From positions 5,305 through 69,304 of the forward strand of contig JAPPHC010000023.1 of the NCBI GenBank assembly GCA_028821145.1: a stretch of 64,000 nucleotides of DNA, given 5' to 3'. Below, piece by piece: positions 33,638 through 42,651 of the stretch. Under the pieces are notes generated by a model. It saw nothing but the letters and a program-made list of their open reading frames with translations, made no database searches and was not told the origin of the DNA. Position numbers and translations under genes: made by a program. Positions within the stretch are counted from its first letter, which is position 1. Every line of letters starts with the position of its first letter. The DNA comes from Gammaproteobacteria bacterium. GTDB taxonomy: Bacteria; Pseudomonadota; Gammaproteobacteria; Steroidobacterales; Foliamicaceae.

Positions 33638-33864
33638 GGGCGTCTCCGGTGGGTGGACGAGGGGTGGCGGTTCGGCTTCGGGGGACCGAACTCGACCGCG
33701 ATGTGGTCGCCGTCGACGGCGATGGCGACCGTGCGGCCGGTGGGCATCAGCCAGTGGATCTCCGTCCACACCGCACGGGCGATGGCGCGCTTGCGCGCCT
33801 CGTCCCCGGCCGTCCTCGGCTCGAATGAGGGTTCTGCGCCAGCTACTCGCGCGTTGCCGTTCAC
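33634..33864 (-). CDS. Small ORF duplicating the C-terminal module of the GHKL protein
   Basis: GTG start overlapping the upstream stop (GTGA). DEARKRAIARAVWTEIHWLMPTGRTVAIAVDGDHIAVEFGPPKP aligns with the GHKL C-terminus DEARRRSIADAVERELFWLIPRERGADIAVRNGRVNVTLGKPAA (20 of 44 identical by hand). Confidence 0.45.
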   Translation of the reverse strand: MNGNARVAGAEPSFEPRTAGDEARKRAIARAVWTEIHWLMPTGRTVAIAVDGDHIAVEFGPPKPNRHPSSTHRRRP

Positions 33865-35603
33865 GACGCGGCCTCCGCGGCCGGCTTGCCCAGGGTCACG
33901 TTGACCCGGCCGTTGCGCACGGCGATGTCCGCGCCGCGCTCGCGGGGGATGAGCCAGAACAGCTCCCGTTCGACCGCGTCGGCGATGGAGCGCCGCCGCG
34001 CCTCGTCGTCGGAGACCAGCAGGCGCGTGGCCAGATGCAGCGCCTCGCGCTCGAACTCGATGCGCTGGCGCTCCCAGGAATCCGCGTCGGCGTCGTCGGA
34101 GGGCGAGAAGTAGGCGTCGTACAGCAGCCCCGCGAGTTCGTGCGGGTCGAGCGCGCTGTCGGCGGTCACCAGCGGCCGCGCGTCCTCCACCCAGGTCCAG
34201 GCCTCGCCCGCGAAGGCAAGGTCCGTGAGGAGGTCGAGGGTGCGCTGCGCGCCTTCCGTCCCGCGGACGATGGCGTGGATGCGGATCGCCTCCGGCCGTT
34301 CAGGCAACGGCGTTGCGGGCCCACTCGTGCGTTCGGGGCCGGACAGATTGTCGAGCGTGTGGGTCCGCCCGTCCGCGGTGATTTCCGTGCGGATGTCCGC
34401 CAACCGTGGAATCGCGTCGTACCAGCCGAATCCCTCCAGCCTGCGGTCGGGCTCGAACAGCCGGTGCGCCACGCCGCTGCGCTCGGCGGCGCGCCGAAAT
34501 GCCTGCGCCTCGGGCGGCTCGGGATCGGCCGCGACGAGCAGCGCGTCGGTGCCGATGGCCTGGAGCTTGGGCGGTTCGTGCCAGTGGTCGATATCGGCCA
34601 CGGCGGAACGCCAGGGGCAAAGCTCGGCCGGCGGCGATTCGATTTCGATGCCGGCCCGGCGAGCCCGCTTCCAGTCCGCGAACGACGGGCGGGGATCGGG
34701 ATCGACGGCGAGCGCCCGGTAGATCGCGTGCCGGGCGGCCTCGCGCATCTCGGCCAGGAACGGCGTCTCGACCGCCTCCTTGCGGGCGGGCAGCACGAAC
34801 TCCAGTTCGGGACAGTCCTCGATGTCGGCGGCCACGCTCCAGTGCGCGCCGCCGACGGATTCGACCGACGGCAGCCGAACGGCAACGGTCAGGCCGTGAA
34901 AGTTCACGTCCGGGTCGTTCAGCGCGAACCGCCGCGGGCGGTTCCGGAAGATCCCGAACACCAGGCCGCGCCAGCGCTCGACATGCACGGCGCCGTCGAG
35001 GAACGCCCGGCGCGGCAGCGCCTCGGCGTCCCTCGGCGAGCGGTCGGCGCGTCCCCAGTACACCGGGAGCGGGTAGTGGACGGCGGCGGCTTCCAGCGCG
35101 CCGCGGATCTTGTCGTCCGTCTCGGTCTCCCCCGCCGGAAACCGCACGGCCGTGCCGTGCGGATACGGTGCGCCGACCTCCGGGCGGACCTCGGCCGCGG
35201 CGTCCCCCGCGAAGTGCTCAGGCGCAAGGTCGACCTGCCAGCCGGGCGCGTCGCCCGGCGCGCGGGGCCGCGAGGAGACGGCGCAGCCCCGGCGCGCCAG
35301 GCTCAGCATGCCCATGCCGGCGGCGTCCTCGCGTTCGACGAGCTCGCCGCTCCAGCCGTTCTCGCCGAACGACAGCAGAACACCGGGGTCGGCGATGCCC
35401 TGTCCGTCGTCGAGGACGGTGACGGTCGGCCCGCTGTCGCGTTCGTGCTCGCCCAGCACGACGTTCACGCGCGTGGCGCCGGCGCGGCGGGCGTTTTGCA
35501 GCGTTTCGGCGAAGATGTCCGCAAGCGTCGCGGCGAAGGTGCGGGTGACGCGCTTGAGCGCGGAATCGTGGATGCGCGCGCGGATCGTTCGGGTGTCGTT
35601 CAT
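33861..35603 (-). CDS. GHKL (histidine-kinase-like) ATPase-domain protein, 580 aa
   Basis: RBS AGGGAGG upstream of ATG 35603. N-box AETLQNARRAGATRVNV, G1 VLDDGQGI, G2-like AAGMGMLSLA. The remaining ~430 aa are unassigned. Confidence 0.7.
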   Translation of the reverse strand: MNDTRTIRARIHDSALKRVTRTFAATLADIFAETLQNARRAGATRVNVVLGEHERDSGPTVTVLDDGQGIADPGVLLSFGENGWSGELVEREDAAGMGMLSLARRGCAVSSRPRAPGDAPGWQVDLAPEHFAGDAAAEVRPEVGAPYPHGTAVRFPAGETETDDKIRGALEAAAVHYPLPVYWGRADRSPRDAEALPRRAFLDGAVHVERWRGLVFGIFRNRPRRFALNDPDVNFHGLTVAVRLPSVESVGGAHWSVAADIEDCPELEFVLPARKEAVETPFLAEMREAARHAIYRALAVDPDPRPSFADWKRARRAGIEIESPPAELCPWRSAVADIDHWHEPPKLQAIGTDALLVAADPEPPEAQAFRRAAERSGVAHRLFEPDRRLEGFGWYDAIPRLADIRTEITADGRTHTLDNLSGPERTSGPATPLPERPEAIRIHAIVRGTEGAQRTLDLLTDLAFAGEAWTWVEDARPLVTADSALDPHELAGLLYDAYFSPSDDADADSWERQRIEFEREALHLATRLLVSDDEARRRSIADAVERELFWLIPRERGADIAVRNGRVNVTLGKPAAEAAS

Positions 35604-35682
35604 GGGGCCTCCCTGTGGCATGGGCAAAGGGGATGCGCCCCGCCCGGGCGGAAATCCGGGCGGGGCGCGCGGCGGCGGACGG

Positions 35683-38019
35683 CTACTGTGTCGCCTGGCG
35701 CAGGAACCCGGGCACGTCCGCGGCCTCGCCAGCGGTCTCGCCGTTGGCGTCGGTTACTCCGGCGTCTGCGGCTGAGTGCCCGGCATCGCCGGCGCCGTTG
35801 CCGCTCGCCGGAACGTCGTTCCGCTCGCGAGCCGAGGCGTCGTGGCCGTTGCCTCGATCCGTTTGCACCGTCGCGTCGTCCTGGTCGCCGGGCGGAACGG
35901 GCGCCGTTTCGGCGCCGTTCGAGGACGCGACGTCGGCCGAATCGGCGGCGGATGCCAGTTCGGTGTCGTCGGCTTGGCCCCCCGCGTCGAACGCCGCGAA
36001 CCCCGGCGGGGTCCAGGCGAGCGCGGCGGCGTGTTCGTCGGCCCCGATGCCCACCGGCGGCTTGCCGGCGGCGAACGCCTCTTCCATGGCCTTGGCGAGA
36101 TCCGCCTTCCGGTACTTCGAGCGCGCCGACGCCCAGGCCGGCCCCAGCGTGTCGCGGGCGATGGCCAGGATGCGGTCCTTGCGCAGCCGCGACCACACCA
36201 GATCCGAGGTCGGGCGCACGTGCTTCGCGAACTCGATCCCGAGCCGCGCGACGGTGGCCTCCAGTTCCGGCCGGGCCTCGTGCTCAAACGCAAGCTGCCC
36301 CCGGATCGTGCGCGCCACGGCGGCGGCGAACAGCTTCTCCTTGTCCGCCCGCGGCAGGTTGCGCAGCGCCTCGAAGCAGGTCGCGTCGCCATCCTGCTCC
36401 ATCCAGTCGAACGGCAGGTCCGACCAGTCCGCGAGCATCGCCTCGCCGGGGCTTGCGGCGGCGAAGCCGTCGTCGTTCATGCGCATCGACGGGCGGTCGG
36501 CGGTTTCGTTGAACGCGATGTCGAGCGCGTGATACGCGGTCGTGTAGCCGTTCGCGAAGACGGCGCGCGCCATCTGGAATACGGTCAGGTCGAACGCGGC
36601 CTCGAAGTCGGTCGCCAGGTGCGCCTTCACCAGCGCCGTGCGAATGGCGCGCAGGTCGTCGGCCAGCCCGATGCCCACGCCCGCCTCCTGCCGGGCCGTG
36701 GCGCGCGGATCGGGCGGCGGCGCCAGCGGCGCGGAGACCGCGGGGCCTTCGACGCCCGTGGATTCCGCCGCACCGTTGCCGGCCGCCGTCCCGGCGGCGT
36801 GCCCGTTCGCGCCGGCGTCGTCGGAGTCGGTCTTCGGCATGTCCTCGGGCTTCACCAACCCCTGGATGACCTGCAACGTCCCGTCGCGCCCGACCGTGGC
36901 GATGGCCCCGGCGATGGCGAAGTCCTCGCGGCGGAACCGCGCGCGGGCCTCCACGGTCTGCTCGATCGTGTCGAGCCGCTCGTCGATGGACTCCGCTTCG
37001 GCTTCGAGCTCCTCGGTCCAGTCCCCGTCGTCGAGGTTGGCCAGTTCGTCGTGGCGCGTGCGCAGCCGCTCGGTCTCGGCGGTTTCCTCGTCCGTGGGCT
37101 CGCCCGGTTGGGGATGGACGCGGCCGTAGCGCGCGGCGGCGCTCCAGTCGACCTCAAGCCTCGCCTCGGACCACTTCCAGCGGGTGGACAGCTCGTCGGC
37201 GACGACTTCGAGCTTCTTCATGGCCAGGTCGTTCAGGAGCGCCGGATCCTCGAACCACAACCCGTTCTCGTGATCGTCGGCGAACAGATCCCGCATCACC
37301 GGGCCGCCGGCGGCCTCGTAGGCTTCCACGCCCACGAACCGGGCCAGCGCCGAGGAACCCGGCACCCGCTCCTCGGTCAGCAGGCGCTTGACCTGCCAGG
37401 CAGTGGGCCGGTAATCCTGCGCGGAAACCTGTTCCCACACGGCAAGCTGGCGCCCGGTGTCGGGGGTGACGGCGAACGCTTTGAGCGTCTCCAGGTCGAT
37501 GGCCTCCTCCCGGTAGGCATCGAGGAGTTCCGGGGCGGCGTTGCCGAGGCGCAGGCGCTGCTCGACGATGCGTTCGGAGACGCCGAAGCGGTTCGCGATG
37601 GCCGCGACGGACAGTCCGTCGCCCGCAAGGGCGGAGAACGCCGCCACCTGGTCGGCGGGGTGCATGGCGATGCGCACGACGTTCTCGGCGAGCGACAGTT
37701 CGCCGCCGTTGGCGTCGGGCGCGATCCGGCAGGGCACAGGCAGTTCGGGGTCCAGCGCGCCGTCTCCGGCGAGCGACTGCAGCGCCGCCAGGCGCCGGCC
37801 GCCGGCGAGGACGGCGAAGCGTTCGTTCCCGTCGTCGTCGGTGCCGTCGGCGCGCGCGACGAGGTTCTCCAGCAGGCCGTGGGCCTCGATCGAGGCCTTG
37901 AGCTCGGCCAGGGCGTTACCGTGGGTGGGGGTCTTTCTGACGTTCTCGGGCGCCAGGAAAAGACGCGACAGCGGGATCTCCCGGATGACGGCGTCGGGCG
38001 GGGGAGCGGTTGGGTTCAT
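35683..38019 (-). CDS. Large ParB/Srx-fold protein (ParB-like nuclease/partition family, 778 aa)
   Basis: RBS GGAGA upstream of ATG 38019. IPLSRLFLAPENVRK and FAVLAGGRRLAAL (the GxxR box of the ParB N-terminal domain), followed by HTH-like LSVAAIANRFGVSERIVEQRLRL. Confidence 0.85.
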   Translation of the reverse strand: MNPTAPPPDAVIREIPLSRLFLAPENVRKTPTHGNALAELKASIEAHGLLENLVARADGTDDDGNERFAVLAGGRRLAALQSLAGDGALDPELPVPCRIAPDANGGELSLAENVVRIAMHPADQVAAFSALAGDGLSVAAIANRFGVSERIVEQRLRLGNAAPELLDAYREEAIDLETLKAFAVTPDTGRQLAVWEQVSAQDYRPTAWQVKRLLTEERVPGSSALARFVGVEAYEAAGGPVMRDLFADDHENGLWFEDPALLNDLAMKKLEVVADELSTRWKWSEARLEVDWSAAARYGRVHPQPGEPTDEETAETERLRTRHDELANLDDGDWTEELEAEAESIDERLDTIEQTVEARARFRREDFAIAGAIATVGRDGTLQVIQGLVKPEDMPKTDSDDAGANGHAAGTAAGNGAAESTGVEGPAVSAPLAPPPDPRATARQEAGVGIGLADDLRAIRTALVKAHLATDFEAAFDLTVFQMARAVFANGYTTAYHALDIAFNETADRPSMRMNDDGFAAASPGEAMLADWSDLPFDWMEQDGDATCFEALRNLPRADKEKLFAAAVARTIRGQLAFEHEARPELEATVARLGIEFAKHVRPTSDLVWSRLRKDRILAIARDTLGPAWASARSKYRKADLAKAMEEAFAAGKPPVGIGADEHAAALAWTPPGFAAFDAGGQADDTELASAADSADVASSNGAETAPVPPGDQDDATVQTDRGNGHDASARERNDVPASGNGAGDAGHSAADAGVTDANGETAGEAADVPGFLRQATQ

Positions 38020-38202
38020 GTGGTTCTCCGTGGGTGGGAAGACAGGGGCGAGGCCTGGCTCTCTCCAGCCGGCCCGCGCCCAACCGGCCCTCAACCGGCT
38101 CGGCCTCCTCGCGGAGCCGGGGCAAGGCCTGGCGGAACGGATCGGAAGGTGACGCCCGGGCCGGCGGGACCGTGGCGTTGCGGCCAAAGCGGGAAACGGC
38201 GG

Positions 38203-39579
38203 TCAGGCCGCGATGGCGATGCGCTCGCCCCAGGGCGCGCGGGCGAAGTCAGAGGGCGGGTCCGACCAGTCGATCCAGAGCACCGGATAATCCGGCTCGG
38301 TGTCCGGGTAGCGCGAGCACTCCATGTCCGTGAAGTACAGGCACGCGCCGGGTCGGATGCCACGTTCGTCGAGCCAGGCGAAGCCGGGCCGGAAGTCGGT
38401 GCCGCCGCGACCGCGCACGACGACCTCCTCGGGCAGGTCCAACGCGGAGAGCTCCGCCGCGTGGCGAACGGCGGTGTCGACCTGCAGCAAGACGACGCGC
38501 TCGGGCTGGATGTCGGCGGCGATCTCGCGCACCTCGGTCCAGAACTCGGAGAGCGTGCGCGCGGGCAGCGAGCCGGACGTGTCGATGATGACGGCGAGGG
38601 TCCCGATGCCCTCGGAGCGGATCGACGGCAGGTACAGCCCGCTGTCGATGAAGCGCCGGTTGGGCGCGCTCCACGAATAGTCGCTCTTGGCGGCGTCGGC
38701 CATGTAGCGGCGCAGCAGGGCGCGCCAATCGAGTTTCGTGACATGGGCGCTGCGCACGGTTTCTTTCACGGCGCCGGGTAGCTTGCCCTCGGCCTTGGCG
38801 AGGCTCGCCGCCTGGTGCATGGCCTCGTCCCAGGCCTGTTCCTCGGCGGTTACCTCGGACGGCGACAGCCCGGCATCCGACCCCCGGGTGCCGTCGGCCG
38901 CGGGCGCGTCCATGACCTCGCCGGTGCCCGACGGGTCATGGCTCGGCGGGGCGTCGCCGGACGCGTTCGATGGGCTCCGGCCCGGCTCGGCGCCAGCGTC
39001 GGAGCGTGGGTCGGAGTTTGTGCCGCATGGATCGTTGCCGGTGTCGCCAGCGGATCGATCATTGCCCTGTTCCGCTTCGGGTTGTCCACCCGATCCACCC
39101 GATGACGGACTGGACAAGGAGGAGTCGGTGCTTGTTGAAGGCGGCGCTGGGTTGCCGGCATCGCCGTCTTCGTCCGGCTCCGGCAGCCGGTCGTAGGCTT
39201 CCTCCACGCTCAGGCCTTCCCAGGCTTCGGCGTCGGGCGGCAGCGTGAATCCCGCGTCGCGCAGCAGGGGATGGGTCACGAGCTGCGAGGCGCGCTGCCA
39301 GCGCTCCGGATCCCGGTCCCGGCGCCGCGTGTGGTGCTTGAGCGCGCAGGCGAGGACCGCGCGGGCGATGGCCGCCTCGATCGCGTGGGCGGCGGTCTCG
39401 GCGACCCAGGCGGGCGAGTAGCGGATCTCCCGGCCGTCGCTCGCCAGTGTCTTGCGGGACGGATCGGCGCGCAGCGGCAACCGCAATGCGAGGCTCCCGA
39501 AAAACGGCTGCTTGCGCAGCAGCTCCGTGACGCAGGCGCTGACGCGCCGGGCGGACTCCGACTGGATGCCCGCGTTCAT
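38203..39579 (-). CDS. VWA-domain protein with degenerate metallopeptidase-like N-domain (DUF2201-type)
   Basis: N-terminus LLRKQPFFGSLALRLPL. VWA MIDAS motif VIIDTSGSL near the C-terminus. A ~115-aa Ser/Pro/Asp/Gly-rich linker lies between them. The expected HExxH position reads RAVLACALKHH. ATGA overlap with the upstream gene. Confidence 0.8.
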   Translation of the reverse strand: MNAGIQSESARRVSACVTELLRKQPFFGSLALRLPLRADPSRKTLASDGREIRYSPAWVAETAAHAIEAAIARAVLACALKHHTRRRDRDPERWQRASQLVTHPLLRDAGFTLPPDAEAWEGLSVEEAYDRLPEPDEDGDAGNPAPPSTSTDSSLSSPSSGGSGGQPEAEQGNDRSAGDTGNDPCGTNSDPRSDAGAEPGRSPSNASGDAPPSHDPSGTGEVMDAPAADGTRGSDAGLSPSEVTAEEQAWDEAMHQAASLAKAEGKLPGAVKETVRSAHVTKLDWRALLRRYMADAAKSDYSWSAPNRRFIDSGLYLPSIRSEGIGTLAVIIDTSGSLPARTLSEFWTEVREIAADIQPERVVLLQVDTAVRHAAELSALDLPEEVVVRGRGGTDFRPGFAWLDERGIRPGACLYFTDMECSRYPDTEPDYPVLWIDWSDPPSDFARAPWGERIAIAA

Positions 39580-40478
39580 CACGCCGCCGCCCGCGGCGCT
39601 TCGGCCGCCTCCCCGAAATACCCCGCGAATTGCTCCATCAGCGCGTCGGCGTCGCGCTTGACCCGCCGGCGGGCCGCCGGATCGAACGTTCTGGACGGGC
39701 GCAGCGCGTCCGGCTCGACGCTGGCGATTCTCTCCTTCACCTGCTCGCACAGCCGCGCCAGTTCCCCGTCGCCGAAGATGTTGAGACGGGGCACGACGTC
39801 GACCAGGTCGCGGATGTTCTCGATCATGGAGTTGCGGAACACCAGCGGCTTGCCGTCGCCGTCCTCGCGCAACCGGTCGGAAACCCGTTCGACCGCCTCG
39901 CCGAGCCGGCGGTACAGGTCGCCGACGGCGCCGTGCAGCCGCTCCTCGACCTGGCTTTCGATATCCCGCTTGACCCGCTCGGTGTCGTCGCCGGCGAGCC
40001 TGGCGATGAAGTGGTCGGCGTCGGGCACCGCGGAAATGCGGTAGCGGATGGAGAACTTGCTCTTGAGCGCGGCGCTTGAGGGGTAGTCCCCGATGCGGAA
40101 CAGCCGCCCGAGGTCCAGCCGCGCCCGCTCGATGTTGTCCTCGTAGTCCTCGACGAACCGGGCGCGCTCCCGCACCATCTTCTCGCACAGCCCGTCCATG
40201 AGTTCGGTGTAGCGCTCGTAGTTGGCCACGGTGAGCAGCCGCGCGCCCTTGTCGTCCCAGGGCAGGGTCTGCTCGTAGTGCGCGGTCCTGGCGCGGCTCA
40301 CCGTGGCGGTGAGCGCCGCGAACGCCTCCTTCGGCAGCAGGCGCTTGTTGTAGCGGCCCGCGCTGGTGGCCGCCTCGTGGTGCGCGGCGACGTGCGCGCT
40401 CGCGTCGCGGTCGTAGAGCCGCCCGGACCAGGCGGCGATTCTGAGCGACACCAGCATGGCGTCGGAATTGAGGTCCAT
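39579..40478 (-). CDS. DUF3150-like protein
   Basis: Perfect RBS AAGGAGG 7 nt upstream of ATG 40478 (MDLNSDAMLVSLRIAAWSGRLYD). Gene order with the MoxR-like ATPase and VWA protein is as in many plasmids. The DUF number is from memory. Confidence 0.65.
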   Translation of the reverse strand: MDLNSDAMLVSLRIAAWSGRLYDRDASAHVAAHHEAATSAGRYNKRLLPKEAFAALTATVSRARTAHYEQTLPWDDKGARLLTVANYERYTELMDGLCEKMVRERARFVEDYEDNIERARLDLGRLFRIGDYPSSAALKSKFSIRYRISAVPDADHFIARLAGDDTERVKRDIESQVEERLHGAVGDLYRRLGEAVERVSDRLREDGDGKPLVFRNSMIENIRDLVDVVPRLNIFGDGELARLCEQVKERIASVEPDALRPSRTFDPAARRRVKRDADALMEQFAGYFGEAAEAPRAAA

Positions 40479-40492
40479 GAAAGCCTCCTTGG

Positions 40493-40639
40493 TTATCGGA
40501 GCGTCCACTCGGGGACACGGAGGGCGGCGGCGAGCTTGCGCTTCGCGGCCTCCAGGGTCGGGGCGCGCACCTCGTACTCGCGCGAAGGCGCGTCGCCGGC
40601 GGGGTAGTGCAGGATTCGCCAGACCGGGGTCGGCGCCAT
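40493..40639 (-). CDS. Small hypothetical protein (48 aa)
   Basis: ATGA overlap with the MoxR-like gene stop. Sequence MAPTPVWRILHYPAGDAPSREYEVRAPTLEAAKRKLAAALRVPEWTLR has balanced composition. Confidence 0.4.
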   Translation of the reverse strand: MAPTPVWRILHYPAGDAPSREYEVRAPTLEAAKRKLAAALRVPEWTLR

Positions 40640-41664
40640 CACCGCGTCCTCGCGGCGGCCCAGCGGATGAACGCGGGGGTGCGCTGCAGGGCCGGGTCGC
40701 GCCGAATGCACGAACCCACCAGGAACTCCCCCACCTCCCGGCGCAGGCGCTGCGCGTAGGTCACGATGGCGTCGAGGTTCACGTCGCTGGCCAGCCGGTA
40801 GAGCGAGCCGCACAGCGCGATCAGGGCGCTGGCGTTGTCCGGCACGTCGGCGTTGTCCGGATCGTCGAGCACGGCGCGAGGGTGCGGCAGTTCCCGCCAG
40901 ATCTGGAGGAACGCGCAGAACTCGATCGCCGCGGCCTCGCCGACGGCGCCGCGCAACAGCGCCCGCTCGGCGCCGGGTTCGAGGCCGTTGCGGCGCTTGA
41001 CGATGCCGCTGGCGAACTCCCAGGTCCGGGGGCACGCGAACGCGCGCTCGCGCGACCGCGGATCGAAGGTGTGCAGCAGGTCGGGCCGAAGCTGGATGAA
41101 GAACAGCACTTCCGGGGCGATGCCGTGCGCAGCGCCCCAGGCGCACCAGTCCCCGGCGTCCACCTTGATCTCCAGGTGCACGAACCGGGAGGCCAGCGGC
41201 GTCGGCATCCGGTTCACGACGCCGCGGTCGCCCTCCCGGTTGCCGCAGGCGATCAGCGAAGCGCCCTCGGGCAGCTCGTACTCGCCGACCTTGCGGTCGA
41301 GCACCAGTTGATACAGCGCGGCCTGGACCATCGGCACCGCCGAGGGCAGTTCCTCGAGGTTGATGAGCCACGAGCCGGCATCGTCGGAAGGGGGCAGGAA
41401 CGCCGGCGGCGCCCACCGGGTGCGGCCTTCGGGATCGCGCCAGGGGATGCCGCGAAGATCGACAGGGTCCAGCAACAGGGCGCGCACGTCGACGTAGGTG
41501 CGTCCGGCGGCCGCCGCGACCTGTTGGGCGATCTGCGACTTGGCCGCGCCGGGCGGGCCCCAGACGATACAGGGCTGGCGCGCCTCGACCAGCAGGGACA
41601 GCGTCGAGGCCAGTTCGCTCGGGCGGAGCGTGTAGTCCGCGGACACGGAATCGGGTTCGGTCAT
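40639..41664 (-). CDS. MoxR/CobS-like AAA+ ATPase
   Basis: Walker A VWGPPGAAKSQIA, Walker B-like WLINLEELPSA, sensor region IACGNREGDRGVVNRMPTPLASRF. Confidence 0.9.
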   Translation of the reverse strand: MTEPDSVSADYTLRPSELASTLSLLVEARQPCIVWGPPGAAKSQIAQQVAAAAGRTYVDVRALLLDPVDLRGIPWRDPEGRTRWAPPAFLPPSDDAGSWLINLEELPSAVPMVQAALYQLVLDRKVGEYELPEGASLIACGNREGDRGVVNRMPTPLASRFVHLEIKVDAGDWCAWGAAHGIAPEVLFFIQLRPDLLHTFDPRSRERAFACPRTWEFASGIVKRRNGLEPGAERALLRGAVGEAAAIEFCAFLQIWRELPHPRAVLDDPDNADVPDNASALIALCGSLYRLASDVNLDAIVTYAQRLRREVGEFLVGSCIRRDPALQRTPAFIRWAAARTR

Positions 41665-41820
41665 GGATGGGCTCCGGGTGGGTGGAAACGGAACGCGGAC
41701 GCCCTCCGGCGTCCGGCCTTCGCCCGGCCCGAGGCCCGACTCGCCTCGCGGAGGCGCGCCGCGGGGAGGTGAAACGCGGGAAGGGGTTGGCGGGAACGGG
41801 AGGCCGGACCTGTGGCGCCG

Positions 41821-42651
41821 CTACACGCGGGGGTCCGCATCGGCGGGCGCGGCCGGAACGCCGGTCAGCGCCGGCAGGGGGAGGCGCGTGGGCGAGAGCG
41901 TGTGGCCGATGCGCCGCTCCAGCGCAACATAGCGGCGGTACAGGTCGGGGCGAAGCTGGGCGGCCCGCGCGAGATCGGCGCGCGACGCGAGGATGCAGAA
42001 CGAGCACGACAGCCGCGACATGCCGGCGGCGTAGGCCCAATGGGGCGACTGGCCGGCGTCGGCGATGACCTGGAATACCTCTGCGGTCGACAGGCGGTGG
42101 ACTGGCAGCCAGTCGAACCACTCGCGGCCGGCCCGGCTGTTGCGGTCGTTGCGCTTCCAGGGATCGCGCTTGGCCCGCGCCGGGCTCTCGTCCGCCCGCA
42201 TTCCCATGGCGCTGACAATGCGTCCGCCGAAGCGCGAATGGGCTTTCAGGTAACGGCGCAGCTCGCGCTCGATCGGACCGCGCTTCCAGCCGGCGGTGCA
42301 GTAGCGACGCGCCGAATCGGGAAAACGGCCCCGGTCCTCGATGCCTTCGAGCAGTGTCTTGCCGGACGCGACGGGCGCCAGGATCAGCGGCACGCCCGGT
42401 GGAATCGTCGCCTCGATATGCTTGATCGTGCCGGGCCACTCCACCTCGCCCAACGGGGCGTGGACGATCAGCAGTTGCCCGCGCGGGACGATCCGCGAAA
42501 GCAGGATCGTCATGGCCTGGCTGTCCTTGCCGCCGGAGGAACTGATCGCGACGAGGGCGCCGTTGCGGATCATCGCCCGGCACTCGGCGGGGAGGAAGAG
42601 CTCGGCGCTGGGGCGGGTCCGGCGCGGGCGTCGAGGGAGGGGACCGCTCAC
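41821..42651 (-). CDS. PAPS-reductase-family (adenine-nucleotide alpha-hydrolase) protein
   Basis: PP-loop VAISSSGGKDS. GTG start overlapping the radC stop (GTGA). C-terminal Cys pair RLSCSFCILAS. Confidence 0.8.
   Translation of the reverse strand: MSGPLPRRPRRTRPSAELFLPAECRAMIRNGALVAISSSGGKDSQAMTILLSRIVPRGQLLIVHAPLGEVEWPGTIKHIEATIPPGVPLILAPVASGKTLLEGIEDRGRFPDSARRYCTAGWKRGPIERELRRYLKAHSRFGGRIVSAMGMRADESPARAKRDPWKRNDRNSRAGREWFDWLPVHRLSTAEVFQVIADAGQSPHWAYAAGMSRLSCSFCILASRADLARAAQLRPDLYRRYVALERRIGHTLSPTRLPLPALTGVPAAPADADPRV

Noticed and set aside
33492-38781. Plus-strand ORFs 33492-36512 (1006 aa) and 35776-38781 (1001 aa)
   Set aside because: These are antisense shadows of the GHKL, ParB-like and VWA genes. 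Their composition is R/P/G-biased and no motifs are present.
40493-42583. Minus-strand 696-aa ORF spanning the MoxR and PAPS-reductase genes
   Set aside because: It is out of frame relative to two genes with clear Walker A and PP-loop motifs. Only its last 48 codons (40493-40639) look like a genuine small gene, and I annotated that part separately.
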